IMG/VR virus record: IMGVR_UViG_3300020021_000013
Span: 1 to 58,107 of that record
Length of the DNA stretch: 58,107 nt
Reading direction: 5' to 3' (one strand)
Origin: a virus
Lineage: Duplodnaviria; Caudoviricetes
Position numbers and translations under genes: made by a program. Every line of letters starts with the position of its first letter. Positions within the stretch are counted from its first letter, which is position 1. Positions 8,428-18,001 of the stretch are shown in pieces. The notes under the pieces are model-generated. The model did no database searches and was not told where the DNA came from. It saw only the letters and a list, made by a program, of their open reading frames with translations.

Positions 8428-9942
8428 TCAGCAGTCCGCGCACGGTGCGGGCACCGAGACGGTCACCAGCAGCTTACCGCCGGTGCAGCCGCCCTCCACC
8501 GGCAGCGGCGTCCACTCGCCGACCGCCCGCCGCTGCGTCGGCCGGAAACAGCAGGCCGCCGTCCGGCGCATCAACGTCTGATGGACCATCTGCGTACTGA
8601 ACGCCGACGACCAGTCCGCCGAGCTGGGCGGGTCGATGTTGTCGATCGACTCGTCCGAGTCCGACCAGGGCATGCAGAACGTCACCCCCATCTCCAACAC
8701 GACGGCGTACGCCAGGGGGCCGCACGGCAGCCACGTGTTGTCCGCCGCCGGGAAGCTGTCCCACGACGGATAGATGTTCGCGACCCGAATCCAGGCCAGC
8801 CCGGCGCAGCACTCGTCGACGTTGGGGCCGATCAGCGGCCCCGTCTCCGAGCCGACCCGCAGCTGCACGTACCGGGGCGGCGTCGGCAGAGACGCCAGCT
8901 GCTCCATGAAGCAGGTCATCAGCTCCTCTGCGACCGGCAAGCCGATCGGGTCGGTCGGGCCGATCGTGGGCAGACTAAACACGGCCGTCATCCCCGCAGT
9001 AGCAGTGAAATTGGCAGACAGGTTGACTGTCTGCGCACTTGTCGAGAGTGTCGCAGACAGGCTGCCGGTGGCCGCGAGTCCAGCGGCCAGCTTCACCTCC
9101 CGGGTCAGCGCGTCGGCCATCGAACCGGTCGCGGTCAGCCCGGCAGCCAAGGCCACCTCCCGGGTCAGGCCGTTCGTGAGGCTGCCGGTGGCCGTGAGGC
9201 TCGCGGCCACCGGAGCCTCACGGCGCAACCCGGCCGTCAGCGACCCCGTGCCGGTCAAGGTCGCGGCCATGTCGACGATCACGCCACCGGCCGACGCCTT
9301 GATCTCGACACCGGAGATCGTCCAGTTCAACGTTCCGGCGGGAACGGTCAGCCCGATGGTGGTCGCACCGGCGGCCGGTATCGGCGACCAGGCGAAGTAC
9401 TGGACGCTGTTGGAACCCGAGTGCCCGTCATACAGGCCGGTCTCAACGGTGGTGCCCGGCGTCCACGTACGCCCGGCCGGGTCGCGGCTCTGTTCCTCCG
9501 TCATCGCGAAGCTGATCACCGAGTTGGCGGCTGTCGTCGTGAACGGGGCCGACATGGTGGCCCCGGTGCCGTGGCTGGAGGTGAACACGGCCGGGGTCGG
9601 ATCGAGGAAGGCGCTACCCCACCGTTCGACGACCATCGAGTGCCGGGACGACAGCGAAGGCGTACTGGAGATCGAAAACGTGCCGGGAGATCCCGTCACA
9701 GTGCACGTCCACGTGCCGGACCAGCCAGCGAAACCGCCCGGGGCGGCGATCTGCACCGGCTGGAAGGTCTGCCCGCCGCCCGTGGGCGTGGACATCGACG
9801 TGCCCGTGTCCCAGGTGGTCGCCTTGACCACGATCACGTCGCCGTTGGACGTGGAGATGGTGGCCGCCGACGATGTCAGCGTGGAAAGGTCGGCGCCCGC
9901 CGAGGGCTGGAAGTCGGAAGCGATGATGGCTGGGCCGGTCAT
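8428..9942 (-). CDS. Tail-terminator-like protein fused to an N-terminal beta domain and 20-aa repeats
   Basis: C-terminal Cys-rich domain (CCAGLAWIRV, EGGCTGG); central A.LTATGSL...L.REV repeats. Confidence 0.6.
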   Translation of the reverse strand: MTGPAIIASDFQPSAGADLSTLTSSAATISTSNGDVIVVKATTWDTGTSMSTPTGGGQTFQPVQIAAPGGFAGWSGTWTCTVTGSPGTFSISSTPSLSSRHSMVVERWGSAFLDPTPAVFTSSHGTGATMSAPFTTTAANSVISFAMTEEQSRDPAGRTWTPGTTVETGLYDGHSGSNSVQYFAWSPIPAAGATTIGLTVPAGTLNWTISGVEIKASAGGVIVDMAATLTGTGSLTAGLRREAPVAASLTATGSLTNGLTREVALAAGLTATGSMADALTREVKLAAGLAATGSLSATLSTSAQTVNLSANFTATAGMTAVFSLPTIGPTDPIGLPVAEELMTCFMEQLASLPTPPRYVQLRVGSETGPLIGPNVDECCAGLAWIRVANIYPSWDSFPAADNTWLPCGPLAYAVVLEMGVTFCMPWSDSDESIDNIDPPSSADWSSAFSTQMVHQTLMRRTAACCFRPTQRRAVGEWTPLPVEGGCTGGKLLVTVSVPAPCADC

Positions 9943-9952
9943 GGCCTCCGCC

Positions 9953-10357
9953 TCACTGCGCCGTCAGGACGAGCTGCCCCGCGAGGATCCGGATCGTGTC
10001 GCCCAGGTTGACAGTTTTTGACGCCGTCGCCGCACCCCACCACCAGCGGAACGGGGTGCCCGCGCTGTCCCAGATTTCGAGGCCGACAACCGTGCAGGCA
10101 GGCATGTTGGCGAACACGACGTCGGCACTGTTCGCGGTGGTCGTGACGCCGCCGGAGGTCGAAGCGACCGGGAACGCCGCAGTCTGCGCAACGTACGTGG
10201 ATCCGCCCGCGTTGACAACCTCGGTACCGGCGGCCGAGTCGGAGCCGTTGGCCGTCATCAGCCGCACGTTCAGCGGGCCGGTCGGCGCGGTGGTGGTGTT
10301 GCCGGTCAGCCAGTTGAGGGTGCGAACCTCGGCGACGTCGGTCAGGTTGTCAGCCAT
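9953..10357 (-). CDS. Virion structural protein (small tail-fibre/collar-like family)
   Basis: 134 aa; GTEV...Y, NSADVVF, KTVNLGDT motifs. Confidence 0.65.
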   Translation of the reverse strand: MADNLTDVAEVRTLNWLTGNTTTAPTGPLNVRLMTANGSDSAAGTEVVNAGGSTYVAQTAAFPVASTSGGVTTTANSADVVFANMPACTVVGLEIWDSAGTPFRWWWGAATASKTVNLGDTIRILAGQLVLTAQ

Positions 10358-10366
10358 TGCTACCTC

Positions 10367-11176
10367 TCACGGCCAGGTGGTGATGCGGTTCGGGGACTGA
10401 TCCATCGAGTACACCCGGGGAGCCTGCGTGAGCCGGGCCGGGTTGAACTGCACGACCAGCTGATCGACCTCGTTCAGGCCGGTCAACCCCCGGTCGAGGT
10501 AGGTGTTGACGCCGGGGAACTGCACGGAGACGCCCGCTCGGGTCAACGACTGCATGCGCTGCGGGAGGCGGCACGGCTGCCCGGCGAGCCCTTTACCGAT
10601 TTCGCAGGCAAGCAGGCTCGCAGCGTCGAGGGCCTCGATCGGCACCGTGCGGCCGAAGACGCCGGTCACGCTCCACGTGTCCGCCGCACCCAAGTTCTTG
10701 TCCAGGTCCTGGCATTGTGGCCAGCAGGCCGCGTCGGTGCGCACCAGCAGGGAGCCGTTGTCGACCCGGTAGGCGGACGGGTCGACGGTGGCGCCGTCAA
10801 CGATGACGGAGGTGATTGACACGGTGCGGGGGAGCTGGACTTCGCAGGTGGCGCCGCAGCAGTTGATGCCCGCGCACCCGGCGTTGTGCCACACCCCGTT
10901 CTGGATGTACAGCGGGTAGTAGCTGTTGCCTTCGTCGGAGCCCCACGGGTTGATCAGGTTCACCGGGTAGGTCTGATACAGCGGCGGCAGCATGGGGGCG
11001 TTGCACGGCCTGAGCGTGAGCGTGACCGTCCCGAACTGGCGGCCGGTCAGCGAGTACACCGTGAACGCTGCGAGGCGCATAGCGAGGGCCTGCTGCGGGG
11101 TTGTCAGGCCGCCCCAGGTCGTCGAACAGCCGGAGAAGTCGGTCAGAGTCCAGCCGTCCGGTGTCGCGCTGACCAT
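10367..11176 (-). CDS. Head-to-tail adaptor
   Basis: Start refined to ATG 11176; LTGRQFG...RPC, WPQCQD, LACE, CRLPQR, TRAGVS, TGLNEVD. Confidence 0.8.
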   Translation of the reverse strand: MVSATPDGWTLTDFSGCSTTWGGLTTPQQALAMRLAAFTVYSLTGRQFGTVTLTLRPCNAPMLPPLYQTYPVNLINPWGSDEGNSYYPLYIQNGVWHNAGCAGINCCGATCEVQLPRTVSITSVIVDGATVDPSAYRVDNGSLLVRTDAACWPQCQDLDKNLGAADTWSVTGVFGRTVPIEALDAASLLACEIGKGLAGQPCRLPQRMQSLTRAGVSVQFPGVNTYLDRGLTGLNEVDQLVVQFNPARLTQAPRVYSMDQSPNRITTWP

Positions 11177-11490
11177 CAGCTGCCCACCACTTCGTCGGTG
11201 CCGTCCCAGCGGAACTCGGACACCGGCGCATGCCGGGCGCAGGTCACGCAGTAGGTGGCGCCGTAGAAGCCCGGCTCGCGGGCGTACGTCCCGGCCAGCG
11301 GTAGAGACATGGTGGTCACCGAACGGCACACGACATGCCGGTAGGACCGGCGCAGCGGGCGCACGAACCCGTTGGCGCGCTCCTCCTGCGACAGGACCAG
11401 ATACGCCTCGGCCTGCGGGACACGCGTACCTTCCGGGTCGGCGCCGTGTGTCAGGCCGGGGTCCGAAGGGTCGTCGGTGAGCCTGCCCAT
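11176..11490 (-). CDS. Putative zinc-binding protein
   Basis: YLVLSQEERA.GFVRP, H..C and YC..C motifs. Confidence 0.65.
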   Translation of the reverse strand: MGRLTDDPSDPGLTHGADPEGTRVPQAEAYLVLSQEERANGFVRPLRRSYRHVVCRSVTTMSLPLAGTYAREPGFYGATYCVTCARHAPVSEFRWDGTDEVVGS

Positions 11491-11552
11491 TGCCTGCCCC
11501 TCCTCGTGGTGCGGAGGCCGCCGTCAGCGACCCCCGCCTTACCCGTTTGAGA

Positions 11553-12245
11553 TCAGCTCGCGCAGCCGCAGCTACCTGCGGGCGGCGCGAGGTACGTCCA
11601 CTGGAGGTGCCGGTGCGTGTCGGCGGGCAGGGCGATCAGCAGGTTCTCGGCCGTCCCGGTCGTCATGTTCGCCAGGACCGTCTTCGGGCCGGTGCCCCAG
11701 GCCGTACCCTGCTTGGTGCGGCCGTTCACCGTGAACGAGATCGCACCGTTTTCGATCTTGAGGTCGCCGACGACACCCTCAACGATGTTCGGCAGCAGGA
11801 AGTAGCCGAACGGCACCAGCGAGAACGTGCCGATCGTCAAACACGTTCCGGCCGACACATTCGACCAGACCTCCAGCGCGAACTGTCCCGTCGCGTAGTT
11901 GCCGGTACGGGTCTGGAAACCCACAGCCGACGGGCTGGCAGCGTCGTTGAGCACCAGCGTCGAACCCGTGATCAGGCCGAACAACTCCGGATCCACGTTG
12001 CAGAAGGTGATCGTGACGTCGATCCACTTCAGCTGCTTCGGGCTCTTTTCGTTGACGCACATCACGCCAGCGGCGTTCATGACGATGATTTCGGTACCCG
12101 ACTCGACCTGGTCTTGCATTTCCACCGAGACGAAGCCGGTCGAGACGGCCGACACGCAGGAACCCGACTTAGGGGCGCCGCACGAGCTGATCGCCTGAAC
12201 CCGCATGGTCGTGCCCTGAATAGGTGCCTGACATACGGCCGTCAT
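11553..12245 (-). CDS. Major tail (tube) protein
   Basis: 230 aa; MRVQ..SSCG, FCNVDPE, FALEVW, WGTGP motifs. Confidence 0.85.
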   Translation of the reverse strand: MTAVCQAPIQGTTMRVQAISSCGAPKSGSCVSAVSTGFVSVEMQDQVESGTEIIVMNAAGVMCVNEKSPKQLKWIDVTITFCNVDPELFGLITGSTLVLNDAASPSAVGFQTRTGNYATGQFALEVWSNVSAGTCLTIGTFSLVPFGYFLLPNIVEGVVGDLKIENGAISFTVNGRTKQGTAWGTGPKTVLANMTTGTAENLLIALPADTHRHLQWTYLAPPAGSCGCAS

Positions 12246-12249
12246 CTAT

Positions 12250-12552
12250 CTACTCCCTGGCCTTGCCCGGCCGCGACTTGCGGACCGGAGGGGTGTTCGG
12301 GTCTCCGTCGTCGTCTACCAGCTCCTCCTCGGAGGGCCAGCGGTCGGCACGATCGGCGTTGAAGGCATCGGCCACGTCCTGCGGCACCCGCCAGGACAGC
12401 GCCACGTCGTGCTCACCGCGCTGGGCTTCGACAACCCGCGAGTCGTAGCCCTTCTCGACGGCCAGTTCGATCAGCCGCGCGGTCGTCTCACCTTCCGGCT
12501 CATGCCGGTTGATCAGCACAACCGCCGGGGTGTAATCGGCTCCAGTAGGCAT
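12250..12552 (-). CDS. Hypothetical structural-region protein
   Basis: 100 aa with GAGGAG RBS between capsid and tail genes. Confidence 0.55.
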   Translation of the reverse strand: MPTGADYTPAVVLINRHEPEGETTARLIELAVEKGYDSRVVEAQRGEHDVALSWRVPQDVADAFNADRADRWPSEEELVDDDGDPNTPPVRKSRPGKARE

Positions 12553-12599
12553 TTCGGTCAGCTCCTCAGTCCGTAGGTACTCACGATGTACCCCATTCT

Positions 12600-13532
12600 T
12601 CAGTAGTTGACCGGCGATGCGGTCGCGGCGGCCGTCGATGCGGTCATCGCGTTGAGGGTGACCAGCACGAAGAACGCCACACAGTCGATCGTGATGGCGT
12701 ACGCCTGCTGGCCGGTGGTCTGCCAGGCGTTGCCCGACCGGTCGAAGGTGCGCTCCGGCGGGCTGACGAAGACCCGGTCGTCACGCCAGATCGTCGTCGC
12801 CCCGGTCGCCACCAGGTAGGCGGTGCCGTTGGCCGGGACCACCGTGTCATCGGTCGGCTTGTGCCCGGAGTAGCCGCGCCCGAACGACCACGTGTTGCCC
12901 ATCGGCGTGAACTGGGTGTCGGACGACCGCGTGCCCCTCGTCGGCATCGGCGACAGCTGCCGCTCAACCAGGTACGGCGTCGTCAACGGGCGGGCGTGGA
13001 TGATGCCCGGATAGCTGTACTGCGCCAGCGCGTCTTCGAGCAGTGCCACCCCGTATTCGATGGTGACGGCCGTCCCCGGCGTCGGCGTGACGTCGAGGAT
13101 GCCGGAGGCGCCGTTCAACTCCGGCCGCAACAGGGCCGACTGGACGTCCGCGTTGCCACCCCAGAACGCCTGCTCCGCCACGTACTGGGAGTTGTCGTTG
13201 AGGCGGATCCGGACCCGGCGCTCAACCTCGGTAGCGTCGTACGGGAACGCTCCCGCCTTCAACCCGGCAACCACCTGGAACGGCAAGCCGACGGCCGTCC
13301 CGTCGCAGGCGTCAAGTGCGGTGCTCGCCGCGATGGTCGGGTTCGCGCAGGAGGCCGCCGCAAGCAGGTGCGCGTTACCGCAGTGCTCCTCCAGGTACTG
13401 CACGCCGCCCACGTCGCCGTGGTCGGGCATCGGGAACGGGCCGTTGGCGGCCGAGAAGAGACCGTATCGGATGTTGCCGACTGCGGGCTGCGGTACGAAG
13501 ACCGGGCCGGTCATCGGCGTGAGTGCTGCCAT
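12600..13532 (-). CDS. Major capsid pentamer-type protein
   Basis: 310 aa after the large capsid gene; YGLFSAA, PFQV, AEQAFW, TPMGN.W.FGRGY, ATG...IWR. Confidence 0.7.
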   Translation of the reverse strand: MAALTPMTGPVFVPQPAVGNIRYGLFSAANGPFPMPDHGDVGGVQYLEEHCGNAHLLAAASCANPTIAASTALDACDGTAVGLPFQVVAGLKAGAFPYDATEVERRVRIRLNDNSQYVAEQAFWGGNADVQSALLRPELNGASGILDVTPTPGTAVTIEYGVALLEDALAQYSYPGIIHARPLTTPYLVERQLSPMPTRGTRSSDTQFTPMGNTWSFGRGYSGHKPTDDTVVPANGTAYLVATGATTIWRDDRVFVSPPERTFDRSGNAWQTTGQQAYAITIDCVAFFVLVTLNAMTASTAAATASPVNY

Positions 13533-13560
13533 CGGGTTTCCTCCCTTCCCGTAGGTGGGT

Positions 13561-13612
13561 TCCCGGGGTCCGCGTTCTTCGGCCGCAATGCCTGAACTCG
13601 TGGACCCCGGGA
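13561..13612 (-). terminator. Inverted repeat between the two capsid genes
   Basis: TCCCGGGGTCC (13561-71) / GGACCCCGGGA (13602-12), 11 bp perfect. Confidence 0.5.
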
Positions 13613-13619
13613 GTCTCGG

Positions 13620-15500
13620 TTACGGGTTGGTCGGGAAGGTGACGGCCGTGGCGAGGGTGCCCGCCGCCTGAGTGTTCGGCGCGTAGTTCGCCGCGCCGTC
13701 CGGGATGAGGCCACCGCCGAGAGCCGCCGCGCCGATGGTGTAGACCCGGCTGTCGAAGCAGGTCTTCGCCGCGAGGATGCCCTGCTCCGTGAACAACTGG
13801 GTGGTCTTGTTCTGCGCTAGCAGCGTCGAGTCGTACACGGTGTCGAGGGTGATGATGTCGGCGTTGCCGCGCACCCAGGTTCCGGCCGCGTACACCAGCA
13901 TCTGGAGCGTGTGCGGCCAGTCCTGCACGAAGTTGTTCGACGTCGGGTCGGTGCCGAACTGCTGCCACTGCGACGGGGCCCCGGTCGGGTAGGCAGCCCA
14001 GTAGAAGGCGTCCTGCCAGTCGTACACGTACTGGACGCGGGCGCCGCGAACGGCCAGCCATTCCTGGATGTTCGCCATGGTGATGGCGAACTGGTCCTTG
14101 CCGTTGTCGCCGTCGTAGAAGGCCCGGCGGGTGACGTCCGCGCGAATCCACGACTGCACCCAGAACGGGAGCACGACCTCCAGGGTGGAGGCGAGCTGCA
14201 TCCGCTGCCGGTACTTGTAGTCGACGATCGCCATCTCCAGGGCGCCCAGCAGGGTGGACACCACGGAGTGGTCGGTGTACCAGGTGGTGCCGAAGCCGGG
14301 GGTGTGGGAGGCGACGCCGGACGGCAGGTTGAGCGCGGTCGAGCCGGTCACCAGAGCGTTGATCATGAACTGGTTGATCTTGTGCGTGTGGGCGATCATC
14401 GCACCCCGCACGAACCGGGCGATCAGCTCCGGGTAGCCGCGCAGCTGCAACAGGTCGGCCTGGATCGCCAGACCGTCCGCCTCCAGGCGGGTATCCGTGA
14501 ACGACGGGCACGGCACGCTCATCGTCGGCTTCGTGACACCCGAGATGACCGACGCCTCGTTGTAGTGGAAGAAGCCGCTGCCCGAGTAGATCGAGGAGAA
14601 GTCCGGGCCGGTCGTGTACTTGATGCCGCCCCGCGAGACGTTGATCTCCGGGATGTCGAGCAGGCCGTCCGACGACTCCAGCTCACACAGGTCGTACAGA
14701 ACCTCGGACGGGGCACACCAGCCCGCACCGGCGGCCGTGAGGCTGTTGGGTGCGTCGTTGGCCTGCGCCCGGCGGGCGATGTCGATGGAGGCGAGCAGGG
14801 AACCGCCCGGGAGGCGCTTCTCGGACGACGCGTAGTCGATGACCTTGGTCGCGTCGTCCGCGAGGCCACCCGACGCGGTCAGCTCCTTCGGGTAGTCCAG
14901 CTTGAACTGGGCGATGGGGTCACGCCGCGAACCGCCCGCACCACCGAACGCCGAATACTGGAGGAACGACTTCTCGACCGCCTTGCCGACCTTCTCCCAG
15001 TCCAGCTCGGAACCGGCCGGATAGTCGGAAGAGTTCGCCCCGGCGAGGATGACGGCCGGAGTCCGTGACACCGATTCGGCTGGAACGGCGGGGGTTGTCC
15101 GGGAGGCGACGGCGGCGACACTGGGCGCGGACGGCTTGGCCGCCGCCGCCGTGGTCACTGCGGGGGTCTCCGGGACGGCTACACCCTCGGCGCCCGTGTC
15201 GTCGGTGCCCGCGTCGTCGGGCGCGTCTTCCTCGCCGAGAGCCTCACTGAGGGCGGCGAACGCACCAGCAGCACCACTGCGCCGGATGCGCTCGGCGTCG
15301 ACCCCCTTGACGATGGTGGTCAGTTCACGCATGGTGGCCACATCGTCGGCGGTGACGTCCGGGACGTCCATCTCCGCGTACTGGCCCTGCGCGGATCGCG
15401 CCTGCGAGCGGATCGAAGTCAGGTCCTCGGTCGACATTCCGGCGAAGGCATACGAGCCGTCGTCGGCAGTCGGAACCGTGAACGGCAGGTTCACTGTCAC
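13620..15500 (-). CDS. Major capsid hexamer-type protein with N-terminal scaffold-like region
   Basis: 626 aa; LTAAGAGWCAPSEVLYD, DIPEINVSRGGI, YPELIARF, EVVLPFW, QYVYDWQ, LFTEQG. Confidence 0.88.
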   Translation of the reverse strand: MTVNLPFTVPTADDGSYAFAGMSTEDLTSIRSQARSAQGQYAEMDVPDVTADDVATMRELTTIVKGVDAERIRRSGAAGAFAALSEALGEEDAPDDAGTDDTGAEGVAVPETPAVTTAAAAKPSAPSVAAVASRTTPAVPAESVSRTPAVILAGANSSDYPAGSELDWEKVGKAVEKSFLQYSAFGGAGGSRRDPIAQFKLDYPKELTASGGLADDATKVIDYASSEKRLPGGSLLASIDIARRAQANDAPNSLTAAGAGWCAPSEVLYDLCELESSDGLLDIPEINVSRGGIKYTTGPDFSSIYSGSGFFHYNEASVISGVTKPTMSVPCPSFTDTRLEADGLAIQADLLQLRGYPELIARFVRGAMIAHTHKINQFMINALVTGSTALNLPSGVASHTPGFGTTWYTDHSVVSTLLGALEMAIVDYKYRQRMQLASTLEVVLPFWVQSWIRADVTRRAFYDGDNGKDQFAITMANIQEWLAVRGARVQYVYDWQDAFYWAAYPTGAPSQWQQFGTDPTSNNFVQDWPHTLQMLVYAAGTWVRGNADIITLDTVYDSTLLAQNKTTQLFTEQGILAAKTCFDSRVYTIGAAALGGGLIPDGAANYAPNTQAAGTLATAVTFPTNP

Positions 15501-15605
15501 TGCGTGCTCTCTTCAACTTCGAGCGCTCCGCCGGACCGTGGCAGCACGGATACACCTGCGGCCGATCATAGCGGTAGTCTGCGGGTTCACGGAGGAGGAG
15601 GCCGT

Positions 15606-17339
15606 ATGGAGTTGAACGACGCCCACTTCACGCCCGAGGATGTCGCCGACGCGACACAGGTTCTCGACGCCGCCACGAACATCTTTGACCTCGATCGGAC
15701 GGCAGCGCAGGTGCGGGCCGCCCAGAATGACCTCAACAAGGCGCTCAACCCGCGCGCCGGGGACAAGGTATGTATCGCCTACCCGCACCTGGACAACTTC
15801 GGCGCGAACTTCGTCGACACGATCCTGCGGGCAGCGGCCTACGACAAGGCCCACGGCGACTACCTGCTGCACAATTCGGGCCTGCTCAATCAGGGCGCCC
15901 TGTGCGCCGTGTGGGGCCGGTCGATGGAGCTAGCTCACGCCCGGAACACGGCGACTGCCGCCTTCCTGTCCAGCGACTCGGACTGGCTTTTGTGGTGGGA
16001 TACCGACATCGGCTGCGAGCAGGACGCCATCGAGAAGCTGATGGAGGTCGCCGATCCGGTGGAGCGGCCCATCATCGGCGGGCTGTGCTTCGTCGAGGGC
16101 GACTACTCCCACGACATGCACGGCGGTCTGCGGTCCAGCCTCGCACCCACCATGTACGACTGGACGTGGGTCGAGCCGAAGTCGGGGATGCCCGGCGCAT
16201 ACAAGCTCCTCAACCGGCAGGACTGGCCCGAGGATCAGTTGGTGCGGGTCGCCGCGACCGGTACCGGTTTCCTGCTCGTGCACCGGTCCGTGTTCGAGGA
16301 CATCAGCGCCTGGCTGGTCGAGTCGGACGCACCGGCGCAAATCTGGTTCGAGCGGATTCCAGGCCCGGACGGCGAGCTGTCCGGGGAGGACATCTCGTTT
16401 TGTATGCGCGCAAACCAGGTCGGTAAGCCCATCTACGTGCATACCGGCATCACCACCACCCATCAGAAGACCGTCTGGTATGGGGTGCCCGAGTACAGGC
16501 AGAAGCCGTTCACGCCGCCGCCGATGACGATGATTCCGCTGCCGCCCGAGCAGTGGCCGAAGCTGATGGTCAACCGCAACGCCGCCCGGGATGCCGCCGA
16601 AAACTCGCCGACCAGGCACAAGCAGGTCCCCGAGGCCACCGAAGAAGTCGCCGTCATCGTGCCGGTGGCGAAGCGGGACAACGCCAAGCCGTTCCTGGAG
16701 TCGTTGCACAACAGCCTCACCCCCGCCCAGCGGGACAACGTATGGATCTACGTGATGGCAGACCGCGACGACGACACCGCCGGTAAGTGGCAGAAGTCCA
16801 TGCTCCACGACAACGTCATCATCGACTGGCAGCACCACTACCTGCGGGAGATGGGCTCCTTCGCGGAGAAGGTCAACCGGGGCTTCGAGATCAGCGACGA
16901 GCCGTGGCTGTTCCTGGTCGGCGACGACGTGCACTTCCACAAGGGCTGGCTGGATCAGGCCATGGAGGTCGCCCGGACCACCGGCAAGAGCGTGGTCGGC
17001 ACCAACGACCTGGGCAACCCGGCGGTGCTGGCCGGTGAGCACGCCACGCACATGCTGATCAGCCGGGAGTATGTGGAGAAGGTCGGCGCGTCGTGGGACG
17101 GTCCGGGCGTCGTCTGCCACGAGGGCTACCGGCACTGGTTCGTCGACAACGAGATCGTCACGGCGGCCAAGCAGCGCGGGCAGTGGGCGCCGTGCCTGGC
17201 CTCGCATGTCGAGCACATGCATCCGTACTTCCGTAAGGGCAAGATCGACGACGTGTACCGGATCGGGGAGGCGGCGGCCGGACTCGACCAGGTGTTGTGG
17301 CAGGCGCGGGCCGCCAAGTATCTGACGGAGGAGTCATGA
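15606..17339 (+). CDS. Two-domain GT-A (family 2-like) glycosyltransferase
   Basis: ATG 15606 after GGAGGAGGAG; domain 1 ARN...WWDTD...GTGFLL...GEDISFC; domain 2 VIVPV...VGDD...VDNE. Confidence 0.85.
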   Translation: MELNDAHFTPEDVADATQVLDAATNIFDLDRTAAQVRAAQNDLNKALNPRAGDKVCIAYPHLDNFGANFVDTILRAAAYDKAHGDYLLHNSGLLNQGALCAVWGRSMELAHARNTATAAFLSSDSDWLLWWDTDIGCEQDAIEKLMEVADPVERPIIGGLCFVEGDYSHDMHGGLRSSLAPTMYDWTWVEPKSGMPGAYKLLNRQDWPEDQLVRVAATGTGFLLVHRSVFEDISAWLVESDAPAQIWFERIPGPDGELSGEDISFCMRANQVGKPIYVHTGITTTHQKTVWYGVPEYRQKPFTPPPMTMIPLPPEQWPKLMVNRNAARDAAENSPTRHKQVPEATEEVAVIVPVAKRDNAKPFLESLHNSLTPAQRDNVWIYVMADRDDDTAGKWQKSMLHDNVIIDWQHHYLREMGSFAEKVNRGFEISDEPWLFLVGDDVHFHKGWLDQAMEVARTTGKSVVGTNDLGNPAVLAGEHATHMLISREYVEKVGASWDGPGVVCHEGYRHWFVDNEIVTAAKQRGQWAPCLASHVEHMHPYFRKGKIDDVYRIGEAAAGLDQVLWQARAAKYLTEES

Positions 17340-18001
17340 TCGAAAACGAAGACGGAGACAGGGTCTACCAGGTCAAGCAGCATCCGTTCCCGCACCTGGT
17401 GCTCGACGGCCTGTTCCGGCCCGTGCAGTTGGCGAACGTCGTCAAGGAGTTCCCCGACCCGGCCGCCCCGGGCTGGAAGTCCTTCGCCAACAGCACGGAG
17501 CGCAAGCTGGAAGGCAGCAACCCGCGAATGTGGGGCATCGCCACCACCCTGCTGCTGCGGCAGATGGAACTTCAGGCGCCCGGCCTGGCCAAGGCGTTCG
17601 GGACGCCACCGCTGACTATGGAAACCGTCGGAGGCGGCTATCACCTGATCGAGCCGGGCGGCTACCTAGCGATGCACGCTGACTTCAGCCGCTCTCCAGT
17701 GTCCAGCAAGTACCGGTGGCTCAACATGCTGGTCTACCTCAACCGCGACTGGGAACAGTTCAACGGCGGGGAGCTTCAGCTCTGGGACGACGACGGCCCG
17801 GCCGTCTCGGTGACGCCCGAATTCAACCGGACGGTCGTCTTCCGCACCTCGGGGTCGTCGTGGCACGGCCACCCGAACCCGGTCGTTGGCCGCCCTCGCC
17901 GGTCGGTCGCCGCGTACTTCTACGCCGATGAGCCCGCGCCCGGTTACATCGGTGACCACTCGACCCGCTGGCACCCGAAGGCAGGGCAGCCCGGTGCATG
18001 A
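17336..18001 (+). CDS. 2OG-Fe(II) oxygenase
   Basis: HAD...YLN..W...GGELQLW...P.FNR.VVF...HGH...RRS; ATGA overlap with the glycosyltransferase. Confidence 0.88.
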   Translation: MIENEDGDRVYQVKQHPFPHLVLDGLFRPVQLANVVKEFPDPAAPGWKSFANSTERKLEGSNPRMWGIATTLLLRQMELQAPGLAKAFGTPPLTMETVGGGYHLIEPGGYLAMHADFSRSPVSSKYRWLNMLVYLNRDWEQFNGGELQLWDDDGPAVSVTPEFNRTVVFRTSGSSWHGHPNPVVGRPRRSVAAYFYADEPAPGYIGDHSTRWHPKAGQPGA

